IMG/VR virus record: IMGVR_UViG_3300042569_002054 | DNA length: 64,000 nt | Source: a virus | Reading direction: 5' to 3' (one strand) | Shown: positions 18,078-26,930 of the stretch, piece by piece | Layout: each line of letters opens with the position of its first letter | Numbering within the stretch: the first letter of the stretch is position 1 | Translations under genes and position numbers: made by a program | Notes under the pieces: model-generated | The model's input: the letters and a program-made list of their open reading frames with translations, nothing else | What the model was told of the DNA's origin: nothing | The model's database searches: none

Positions 18078-21002
18078 ATGGCTCAACAGAATATAAATCA
18101 GTTCAATTTTAAAAAGTGGTATGTTAAACCTGTCCCAAAAATTTTTGACATTTGCTTAGCATCAGATGAAAAAGATTATAACGAAGAAGTTGTATTTTCA
18201 ACTAATCTTATTGGTTATAATGATGGTAATAGATTACCTATTTATTTTGATTTAAACAATCCTTTATCATCACAAGAATTAACAATTAATTATGGTGATT
18301 TTTTATCAGGTAACACTTTAGTTTCATTAAATTACTACAATCCACTAAATGAAGATTTAAATTGTTTAACGGCTTCTACATTATGTGATATTGGGTTAAC
18401 AGGTATCGATAATGGTTTAGTTCCACAGATGACTGGTGAAACAATTAATTATACAATGGGATTATTTACCGGGTCGAGTAAGTGGGATAGATATCATTTT
18501 GATAGAAGAACAAAATTATTTCAAGTTACAGGTTATACAAATCCTCCAAACGAAAGATTTTCAGGAAACACAAAACAAACTCTGTATAATATGGTTTCAG
18601 AATCAGGTTATACTATAACATATTACAATCAATTATATGGTGGTTTTTACCAAGGATTCTTTAGTTTGTTTGGGTATGATTACGAAACATTCCCAAATAG
18701 AACAAACGAAGGGTGGACTGTTGAGATGTTGATTAGACCAAGGTATGTTGATGAATTTTATCCAACAAATACTCAAACAACTTTAAACTTAACATATCCT
18801 GAAAATGAAAACACTTTTTTCTATTTTGGAGCAAGAGCTGAAAATAAATTTTATCATCATGCGTCAGGTTCACCTGTTTCAGATAGTGGGTATACAAGAG
18901 TTACAAGTGTTTTAAGTGGATGTTTAGAAACTTGTGCTTGTTCAAACACAGGAGTGACCAATTCAAGATGTATTGAAGTATATGAACCTTTAGTTTATAA
19001 AGCTCAACATAATACCGATTGTAACTGTGGATGTAACGCAACCACACAAGTTCCAAATAGTGATAAAGACCCACTATACGACTCAATGTCAAACTCGTTT
19101 TCATTGAGATTGTCAGGTGACCCTAAAAATCCAAAAGTTTGTGTTAAAGTATTAACATTTACAGGAGGTTGTATTACAACAGGTACTTGTCCAACAACAG
19201 GAATTACATATCAAACAGGTTATACTATCACAGAATATTGTTCATCAAATCAAATTTTTGATTACTGTGAAGATTTAAATTCTGATTATACAACAAAAGA
19301 ACATTGGATTTTAGTTGATTGTGTGTGGGAAAGAAGTACTTATTTTGATACTTGTGATTTATATTACAGAGGAGGGTTAGGATTAATTAGTGACACAGAA
19401 TATGTTGATAGTTTATCTAATAATACGGTATTATTAATTGAACCACCAATAACACGTACAGGGTCAACACCTGCTGAACAAGTAGAAATAGTTAATCTAA
19501 ATGAAAGATGGTTAATTGAAAGAGAAGATAGATTGGGTGTTTTAAAAATTTATATTAATGGAAGATTATTCTATGTAATTAATGGATTTGAAGAAGTTAT
19601 TCCAAGAGCATTAAATACAGAAAAAGAAAAACAATTAGGTGTACCATTTAATATTTCATGGGGTGGTGGGACACAAGGTTTAAGAGAAAGTTTAACTTTT
19701 ACAGGATGTCCAACAACCTTAACAGGGTTGACATACATGCAAGACCCTGAGGTTATGCCAAATCAAACATTGTCAGGAACTTCATTATCAGGTTTAACAA
19801 CCAATATACTATTAGAACCAACATTTGGTGGTACATTTGACGGGGCAATTTCTCAATTTAGAATGTACACGGAACCATTGAGTTATCCTGAGGTAATACA
19901 TAATTTTGACATTTTAAAAAGTCCGTTTTTACTTTTTGATTATGGATGTCCTGACTGTTCAGACGGATTGATTAACGATATTTGTTTATTAGTTTCAGGT
20001 AATAATCTTACTGTTACCTCAACTACTTTTGCCGATAGAACATTTAATTTATATTATGAAGTTTCAGAATCAAATCCAAGATATTTGATTACATCAGGTC
20101 AGACATTTCCATTTACAGTTAACAATACTACAATACCTAATTGTTGTTATAATAACTTTTATTTACATTTAATTGAGGATGACCAAACTTTAATATTAAC
20201 TTGTTTTGACCCAAGTAGACCAACACCAACACCGACACCTACCATTACACCAACACCATCAGTTACTCCGACTATCACACCAACACCATCGGTTACTCCA
20301 ACAATTTATGCATCACCAACACCAACAACAACACCTACACCAACAAATACTGAAACACCAACACCTACACCAACAAATACTCCTACCGTAACCCAAACCC
20401 CTACTAATACAGCAACTGTGACTCAGACACCAACTAATACTGTAACACCAAGTCAAACCGCAACAAATACACCAACCGTTACACAAACCCCAACAATAAC
20501 ATCAACCCCAACTAACACACCAACAGTCACCAAAACACCAACGGTAACTCCTACAACTAGTTTAACTCCATCATCAACACCGGCAGAACCTTTAAAAATG
20601 TACGTGATTGGTAATGAAAAAAATAGTGACTGTTCATCATCAAGTATGGTGGTTCAATATAGGAATATAAATGGTAATTATGTTAGTCAAACGTTAGGTT
20701 CACTTAGTGATATTGGTTATATGACAGTTATATCTTACGCGAGTTACCCACCAAGATGGATATCAGGTCCATCATCACCTGATGGGTTTGACTTAATTGA
20801 TTTAGGAACTTATACATCAACAAGTTGTTATAATTTCCAAGCGACAACATATTGTCATACAACCCCACCAACTTTAACTTTAAATTATGTAGATTGTAAT
20901 GGTGTGAGTCAAACTATAGACTATGCAGGTGAAAGTGTTTATACATTCTCAGCTAGAACATTCACCGCAGAAAACAAAATACAAATTCAAAAACAACCTT
21001 AA
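18078..21002 (+). CDS. Putative virion protein with a LamG/concanavalin-like domain and a mucin-like Pro/Thr tract
   Basis: WTVEM, LKIYING, FDGAISQFRMY.EPL (LamG-type); Cys-rich; about 120-aa PT tract. Confidence 0.6.
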   Translation: MAQQNINQFNFKKWYVKPVPKIFDICLASDEKDYNEEVVFSTNLIGYNDGNRLPIYFDLNNPLSSQELTINYGDFLSGNTLVSLNYYNPLNEDLNCLTASTLCDIGLTGIDNGLVPQMTGETINYTMGLFTGSSKWDRYHFDRRTKLFQVTGYTNPPNERFSGNTKQTLYNMVSESGYTITYYNQLYGGFYQGFFSLFGYDYETFPNRTNEGWTVEMLIRPRYVDEFYPTNTQTTLNLTYPENENTFFYFGARAENKFYHHASGSPVSDSGYTRVTSVLSGCLETCACSNTGVTNSRCIEVYEPLVYKAQHNTDCNCGCNATTQVPNSDKDPLYDSMSNSFSLRLSGDPKNPKVCVKVLTFTGGCITTGTCPTTGITYQTGYTITEYCSSNQIFDYCEDLNSDYTTKEHWILVDCVWERSTYFDTCDLYYRGGLGLISDTEYVDSLSNNTVLLIEPPITRTGSTPAEQVEIVNLNERWLIEREDRLGVLKIYINGRLFYVINGFEEVIPRALNTEKEKQLGVPFNISWGGGTQGLRESLTFTGCPTTLTGLTYMQDPEVMPNQTLSGTSLSGLTTNILLEPTFGGTFDGAISQFRMYTEPLSYPEVIHNFDILKSPFLLFDYGCPDCSDGLINDICLLVSGNNLTVTSTTFADRTFNLYYEVSESNPRYLITSGQTFPFTVNNTTIPNCCYNNFYLHLIEDDQTLILTCFDPSRPTPTPTPTITPTPSVTPTITPTPSVTPTIYASPTPTTTPTPTNTETPTPTPTNTPTVTQTPTNTATVTQTPTNTVTPSQTATNTPTVTQTPTITSTPTNTPTVTKTPTVTPTTSLTPSSTPAEPLKMYVIGNEKNSDCSSSSMVVQYRNINGNYVSQTLGSLSDIGYMTVISYASYPPRWISGPSSPDGFDLIDLGTYTSTSCYNFQATTYCHTTPPTLTLNYVDCNGVSQTIDYAGESVYTFSARTFTAENKIQIQKQP
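20220..20583 (+). repeat. Degenerate coding repeat encoding a (TPT)n Pro/Thr tract
   Basis: Repeated ACA/CCA-rich units translating to PTPTPTPTITPTPSVTPT...TQTPTNT. Confidence 0.9.
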
Positions 21003-21009
21003 ATTTAAT

Positions 21010-21038
21010 TTGACTTATAATATTTGATTGGTTAATCT
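21010..21038 (+). promoter_or_regulatory. Sigma70-like promoter TTGACT-N17-TAATCT for the DNA polymerase gene
   Basis: Hexamers at 21010-21015 and 21033-21038. Confidence 0.6.
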
Positions 21039-21054
21039 TACCACACAAGGTAAA

Positions 21055-21074
21055 TTCCGACCTTAATTTCGGAA
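21055..21074 (+). promoter_or_regulatory. 5'-UTR hairpin upstream of polB (candidate translational operator)
   Basis: TTCCGA-CCTTAATT-TCGGAA: perfect 6-bp stem, 8-nt loop, 23 nt before the ATG. Confidence 0.4.
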
Positions 21075-21097
21075 GCAAATACACCATTTTAAATTTT

Positions 21098-23878
21098 ATG
21101 ATATCAAACGAAGAAATTGAACAGTTCCTTCAAGGGAACGATGACGAAAAATATATCGTCAGTGTAGAATACGATTACGTCAAAGATTGTGTTTGGAAAA
21201 TTTTAGAACACCCAATTCACGGAAAACAAATTAAAAAAGATACTTTCATCCCATTTGCTTGGGTAGGTGACTTACGTGGATTAAACTTCTATAAATCCTC
21301 AAAGGCATTACAAAAAGAGGCGATGACAAAACATAAAATTGTCATTGAAAAATTAAGAACTGATGGTAACGAAAGATTAGAGAAAGGTTTAACTTTTATG
21401 GTTAAATCATTGAACGGTTATCGTTCACTTATTCAGTTTTTTAGAGATGGTGGTGTTGACCCGTGGGGTGAGACTACAAAAGGTTTAGTTTTAATATTAC
21501 CTCCAGTTGAACAATTTTTGGTTACAAAAGAAAAACGTTTATTCAAAGGATTTGATGATTACAATAGTATCACAAGATTTGTATTTGACTTAGAGACAAC
21601 CGCATTAGAACCAAAGGATGGTCGTATCTTTATGATAGGAATGAAAACCAATAAAGGTTTTAGTCAAGTAATTGAATGTTCAACTGAAGAACAAGAAAGA
21701 GAAGGTATTATCAAATTCTTTGATACTATAGATGAACTTAAACCAAGTATTATTGCGTCTTACAACGGGTTTAACTTTGACTGGTTTTGGATATTTGAAA
21801 GAGCCAAAGCTTTAAAATTAGATATTAAGAAAATTGCTAAGACATTAAATCCAATCAACCCAATCAAACAATCTGAAAGTATGTTGAAGTTGGCAAATGA
21901 GGTTGAGAGATTCAATCAGACATCTATGTGGGGTTATAATGTGGTGGATACGTTACACGCAGTTAGAAGAGCTCAAGCAATCAATTCATCCATCAAATCT
22001 GCAGGTTTGAAGTATATTACTCAATACATTAAGGCGGAAGCACCTGACCGTGTTTATATTGACCACACAGATATCGGGCCGTTCTACGCAAAGAAAGAAG
22101 AGTTTTGGTTAAACATTCAAAACGGAAAATATAAGAAAGTAGGTGTTGACCCAAAGATTGATGACGCTTGTTCTAAACATTCAAATGTTTATATTAAAAC
22201 AACAGGTGATGATTTGGTTGAACGATATCTTGACGATGACTTGGAGGAAACTCTAACAGTTGATGAAGAATTCAATCAGGGGTCATTCCTACTTGCTTCG
22301 TTGGTTCCAACAACATATGAAAGAGTTTCAACGATGGGAACCGCAACATTATGGGAAATCCAAATGAGAGCATGGTCATATAAGAACATGTTGGCAATTC
22401 CTAAAAAGAATGAAAAGACAGAATTTGTTGGTGGATTATCACGATTACTTAAAGTAGGATATTCAACAGATGTATTGAAACTTGACTTTTCGTCACTTTA
22501 TCCTTCAATACAACTTGTCCACGATGTATTCCCAACTTGTGATATTACAGGGGCAATGAAAGGAATGTTAAATTACTTCCGCAATACTCGTATCAAGTAT
22601 AAAAACTTAGCAAAAGAATATCAGGATATAGATAAAAAACAAGCAACATCTTACGACAGAAAACAATTACCAATTAAGATTTTCATCAACTCAATGTTCG
22701 GGGCGTTATCCGCCCCACAAGTGTATCATTGGGGTGACATGTATATGGGTGAACAGATTACCTGTACAGGAAGACAATATCTTCGTCAGATGTTACGTTT
22801 CTTTATGAAGAGAGGTTACACCCCACTTGTATGTGATACGGATGGTATGAACTTCTCATTACCTGAAGGTGGTGTGGATGATAGAAGATACATCGGTAAG
22901 GGTAAGAATTGGTTAGTTAAAGAAGGTAAGGAATACAAAGGTTACGATGCGGATGTTGCAGAGTTTAATGACACCTTTATGAAAGGTGCAATGGGTCTTG
23001 ATTGTGATGGAACTTGGAAATCTTGTATGAATATTGCTCGTAAGAACTACGCAACAATGGAACATAATGGTAAGATTAAACTTACAGGTAACTCAATCAA
23101 GAGTAAGAAACTACCACTTTACATTGAGGACTTTTTGGATAACGGTATTAAGATGTTGTTAGAAGGTAATGGACAGGCATTTGTTGAGTGGTATTATGAA
23201 TATTTGGAAGTAATCTTTAACCAACAAATTCCTTTAATGAAGATTGCTCAAAGAGCAAAAGTGAAACTATCTATTGACGATTATAAGAAACGTTCAAGCC
23301 AAAAAACAAAAGCGGGTAATATGATGTCAATGATGGCACATATGGAATTGGCAATTAGAGATGGTATCGCGGTTAGTTTAGGTGATGTAATATTCTATGT
23401 AAATAATGGAATTAAAGCTTCACACGGGGATGTTCAGAAGGTAAATGAAAAAATGAGTAAGAAAGAAAAAGAACAGTATAGTTTATTTCATGGTAAAGAA
23501 CCTGTGTTAGGTTCACACGTCCAACTTAATTGTTATCGTATTGACCCCTCAGATTTAGAGAATAACCCTACTATGACAGGTGAATATAATGTTGCGAGAG
23601 CAATTGTTACCTTTAACAAAAGAATTGAACCTTTGTTAATTGTGTTTAATGAAGAAGTTAGAAATAATCTAATTGTTACCGACCCTAAAGACAGAGGTTT
23701 GTTTACCAAAGAACAATGTAGATTAACAAATGGTATTCCTTTTGAATCTGGTGACCAAGATAGTATTGAAGATTTGTTAACTATTACAGACCAAGAAATG
23801 GTATATTGGGGCAAACGAGGAATTGACCCTGAATATATTTACAATTTAGCTGAAGAAGGGTGGGAGGAAATGGTATAA
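21098..23878 (+). CDS. polB: Family B DNA polymerase
   Basis: Exo FDLETT, YNGFNFD, DDLEET; Pol DFSSLYPS, KIFINSMFG, CDTDG. Confidence 0.95.
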   Translation: MISNEEIEQFLQGNDDEKYIVSVEYDYVKDCVWKILEHPIHGKQIKKDTFIPFAWVGDLRGLNFYKSSKALQKEAMTKHKIVIEKLRTDGNERLEKGLTFMVKSLNGYRSLIQFFRDGGVDPWGETTKGLVLILPPVEQFLVTKEKRLFKGFDDYNSITRFVFDLETTALEPKDGRIFMIGMKTNKGFSQVIECSTEEQEREGIIKFFDTIDELKPSIIASYNGFNFDWFWIFERAKALKLDIKKIAKTLNPINPIKQSESMLKLANEVERFNQTSMWGYNVVDTLHAVRRAQAINSSIKSAGLKYITQYIKAEAPDRVYIDHTDIGPFYAKKEEFWLNIQNGKYKKVGVDPKIDDACSKHSNVYIKTTGDDLVERYLDDDLEETLTVDEEFNQGSFLLASLVPTTYERVSTMGTATLWEIQMRAWSYKNMLAIPKKNEKTEFVGGLSRLLKVGYSTDVLKLDFSSLYPSIQLVHDVFPTCDITGAMKGMLNYFRNTRIKYKNLAKEYQDIDKKQATSYDRKQLPIKIFINSMFGALSAPQVYHWGDMYMGEQITCTGRQYLRQMLRFFMKRGYTPLVCDTDGMNFSLPEGGVDDRRYIGKGKNWLVKEGKEYKGYDADVAEFNDTFMKGAMGLDCDGTWKSCMNIARKNYATMEHNGKIKLTGNSIKSKKLPLYIEDFLDNGIKMLLEGNGQAFVEWYYEYLEVIFNQQIPLMKIAQRAKVKLSIDDYKKRSSQKTKAGNMMSMMAHMELAIRDGIAVSLGDVIFYVNNGIKASHGDVQKVNEKMSKKEKEQYSLFHGKEPVLGSHVQLNCYRIDPSDLENNPTMTGEYNVARAIVTFNKRIEPLLIVFNEEVRNNLIVTDPKDRGLFTKEQCRLTNGIPFESGDQDSIEDLLTITDQEMVYWGKRGIDPEYIYNLAEEGWEEMV

Positions 23879-23880
23879 TG

Positions 23881-23917
23881 AAAAAAGGAATATGTTAAAA
23901 ATACATATTCCTTTTTT
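23881..23917. terminator. Bidirectional terminator between convergent genes
   Basis: AAAAAAGGAATATGT-N7-ACATATTCCTTTTTT perfect 15-bp inverted repeat. Confidence 0.85.
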
Positions 23918-24253
23918 TTATGATTGTTTTAACCCGTCTGACGAAACTATAAACCACGAACCAAATGCGTAATATAGTTCAACACAAGCACCTTTTTCAA
24001 TATTAATTTCATTAAACTCCTCATCAATCAAACCCTCTATAGGTTTGATTTTTGTATTGGTAAGAGCTTTTACTATTACGTGGTCGGTATTACTATGATT
24101 TAAAATGATTTCAATTTCATCTAATTCTTTAGTAATTACAACACTTTCTCCTTCTGTCGTATATTTTTCATCTGAAATCATACATACTTCAGAAGTTGTT
24201 AATACTTGGTTTCCGATAACTCTTCTCATCGGAATTGATTTTTGAATACTCAT
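23918..24253 (-). CDS. Hypothetical beta-rich protein, possibly virion-associated
   Basis: IDEE..I.I...VEL...GSWFIV pattern like small fibre/baseplate beta domains; follows the neck gene. Confidence 0.55.
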   Translation of the reverse strand: MSIQKSIPMRRVIGNQVLTTSEVCMISDEKYTTEGESVVITKELDEIEIILNHSNTDHVIVKALTNTKIKPIEGLIDEEFNEINIEKGACVELYYAFGSWFIVSSDGLKQS

Positions 24254-24257
24254 AAAA

Positions 24258-25388
24258 TTATATTACATACAGATTTCTTGGGAACGCTCTAAACTTCATT
24301 TGTTTGTTTAGATTTTCAGCAATTAACGCTTCTCTCTCCATTATTTTTTCAGGACGTAATCTTGTCAATCTTCCGTCTGCTCCGATTAATTCTTCAATTA
24401 ATTTTAATTTTTCATCTTTACCCTCAGTTGCTAAAGTAGCATAATCCATAGTTAATTCTGAGTCAGGTGTTTTTAAATTACCTGAATACTTTCCTCTTAC
24501 TTTTGATAATGTTTCTTTACATCCCGCAACAAAATATCTTCTAACCCATTGTTGAGCCGGTTCGTTTAAATCTGCCCATGAAATTGAGTTGAAAGGAACA
24601 TCTGAGGGAAGTTTAATAATATCAGGGTTAGCAGCTAAACAAGCATCTCTATCCTCAGGGCCAACATCGTAATACCAATACCAAACTTGGTGATTTCTTA
24701 ATGATGAATTACCAAAATCAAATTTACCACCAGGTGTTTGCATTAAATGAATTGCTTTTTTACCATTAGGTAATCCTGTAATTCTATAAGTTAAATCACC
24801 ACCAATAATTCTTCTCTGAATATTAATTTCTTGCATTCTTAATAACATATCAAATGCTGGCATCATAAAATAACTTCCTGACATATAACCCATCTGAGCA
24901 AAACCAGTTCCACCACCAAGTCCTCCCCCCAAACCACCAAAACTGAATGGGTCAAATAAAATATTATTTAGAGTTGCTGGTGTAAACCATAATAGTTCAT
25001 TAATTTCACGACCTGCGGGTATTTCATAAATCTGTTGATTGGGTACTAATGTGATATAATCTTTTTTAAGTTCCCAATCACCAAGTGGGTTAGATTGTAA
25101 TCCCACTATTTTAGAGTATGCTTGAGCGTATCTATTTTCGTAATCTAAACTTTTTGTAACAAATGCCCTTGATAAAGATTGAGTATCTAAATTTAAATTG
25201 TATAATGAAGTCCATTGTGATTCAATTAACCAATCTTGTACATATTGGGAATAATCCCCAATTGCAAATTCTAAGATTGAGTCCATTTGTTCATCTTCTA
25301 ATTCAATTGAACGAATTGGGGCTCCTAATACGTGTCTAACTTTTGTATATAGTTGACTTCTGTAAGGTTCTGCGATTATTGTATTCAT
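24258..25388 (-). CDS. Neck/head-completion protein, T4 gp13-like
   Basis: LYTKVRHVLGAPIRSIELEDEQMDSILEFA resembles the gp13 N-terminus LGAPxIxVE. Confidence 0.7.
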   Translation of the reverse strand: MNTIIAEPYRSQLYTKVRHVLGAPIRSIELEDEQMDSILEFAIGDYSQYVQDWLIESQWTSLYNLNLDTQSLSRAFVTKSLDYENRYAQAYSKIVGLQSNPLGDWELKKDYITLVPNQQIYEIPAGREINELLWFTPATLNNILFDPFSFGGLGGGLGGGTGFAQMGYMSGSYFMMPAFDMLLRMQEINIQRRIIGGDLTYRITGLPNGKKAIHLMQTPGGKFDFGNSSLRNHQVWYWYYDVGPEDRDACLAANPDIIKLPSDVPFNSISWADLNEPAQQWVRRYFVAGCKETLSKVRGKYSGNLKTPDSELTMDYATLATEGKDEKLKLIEELIGADGRLTRLRPEKIMEREALIAENLNKQMKFRAFPRNLYVI

Positions 25389-25411
25389 GAAGTGATATTT
25401 TTATATAAATA

Positions 25412-26917
25412 TCAATTCAGAGTATAAATTAAATCTTGTGCCGGAATTTTAAACATGCTTGAACTAAAAGCTACCGTTTTGTTTTTAAAAATATAAACTT
25501 CTTTGTTAATATTTGAAAAAATTAATAAGTCGGTATTAAATTTTTTAACAAACCCTCTGATTTTAATATGATAGAAACCCTCAATTACTTCCATACTTAA
25601 AATTGGTTTTACTTGAGCATTTTGTATTTTGTTATCAAAATTCACTGTTAAATCAGTACCCGCAAAATCTTCTTTTGAGCCAAGACTACCTACTACAATA
25701 GCAGTTCCTTCACCAAATTCTTGATTGATTTTTTTTGCAACATACTCCTCAAGTTGACCACCTTTGTCATGTGTTCTATTTAAAAGTTTCATAATCTTAT
25801 CAAGAGTTTTAGACCCTTTAAAAATTCTTTCACCAAAAAACTCCAAATAAGAACAAAATTTATTTATTTCTTCTACTTGTTGTGAAGGTGTTACCCCAAT
25901 AAAATTTAATGTGGGTTTATTTAGTTTTGTAAGTACTGCGTTTAAATCATCAACTAAAATTTTAAACCCAATATAATTTGTGTTTAATTTATTAATTACT
26001 GAACGACCTGGTTGTTCCAAGTCGTAGATACCTGAAGATGAACCTTCAGAGTATTGATTGTTTTCACTCCATTTATCAGATAAAACTCTTTTCAACGTAT
26101 TGTCAATACATCTTCTATAAGTCCAAAGAACATTTTTGTTGTTACTAAAAATATCTGAATAATCAGATACGTTTTCGTATAAAAGTTTTTTTTGTGAAGT
26201 TGACTCGTTCAATTTCTTTTCAGTTTTTGATTTGTATAACTCGTTAACAAATTCCCAATTAATTGCGTCCCAAAAATTTTCAATATATTCGTCTCTTTTG
26301 TTTTGGTATTTTAAATAATAAGCGTGTTCCCATAAATCTAAACCTAACAACGGAAAACCACCCTTGTTTATTATATTCATAAGTGGATTATCCTGATTTG
26401 AAGTAGACATTACTTTTAATCTACCTGTATCGGTTAACACTAACCAACACCACCCCGAACCAAATCTTTTTCTTGAAATTTCTTCAAATTTAGTTTTGAA
26501 GTTGCGATATGTTCCAAATTGTTTAACAATCTTTTCAAATACCTCACCACTTGGTTTTTGTGGTGTGGGTGATAACATCTTCCAAAATAATGCGTGGTTA
26601 AATGCTCCACCTGCATTATTTCTTATTGTTGTATTATACTTTGAAATTTGTTTAACAATATTCTCCAATTCAACATCACCATAATCTTTTTTACGAAGAG
26701 CGGAATTTAATTTTTTAACATACCCTTTGTAATGTTTCTGATAATGAAACTTCATTGTTTCAGGGTCAATAAATCTTCTTAATGATGCGTAACCATATGG
26801 TAATTTATCAATACCTATGGTTTTCATTTCGTTAATAAAAAATTTGGTTTCAGGTTGAGTTTCTTCACCTAATATACGACTAACTAATGACTCTGATACT
26901 AAATTTAACGATTTCAT
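25412..26917 (-). CDS. Mn/Fe superoxide dismutase fused to a C-terminal PD-(D/E)xK-like domain
   Basis: SOD: LPY, HYQKH, GGAFNH, FGSGW, NQDNP, DLWEHAYY; C-terminal about 250 aa with G..EE.V, D..GTD, AQVK. Confidence 0.85.
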   Translation of the reverse strand: MKSLNLVSESLVSRILGEETQPETKFFINEMKTIGIDKLPYGYASLRRFIDPETMKFHYQKHYKGYVKKLNSALRKKDYGDVELENIVKQISKYNTTIRNNAGGAFNHALFWKMLSPTPQKPSGEVFEKIVKQFGTYRNFKTKFEEISRKRFGSGWCWLVLTDTGRLKVMSTSNQDNPLMNIINKGGFPLLGLDLWEHAYYLKYQNKRDEYIENFWDAINWEFVNELYKSKTEKKLNESTSQKKLLYENVSDYSDIFSNNKNVLWTYRRCIDNTLKRVLSDKWSENNQYSEGSSSGIYDLEQPGRSVINKLNTNYIGFKILVDDLNAVLTKLNKPTLNFIGVTPSQQVEEINKFCSYLEFFGERIFKGSKTLDKIMKLLNRTHDKGGQLEEYVAKKINQEFGEGTAIVVGSLGSKEDFAGTDLTVNFDNKIQNAQVKPILSMEVIEGFYHIKIRGFVKKFNTDLLIFSNINKEVYIFKNKTVAFSSSMFKIPAQDLIYTLN

Positions 26918-26930
26918 TAATTATAAATAC

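Noticed and set aside
20220-20583. CRISPR array or non-coding tandem repeat
   Set aside because: Units are degenerate, in frame and encode a Pro/Thr tract; no constant repeat with unique spacers
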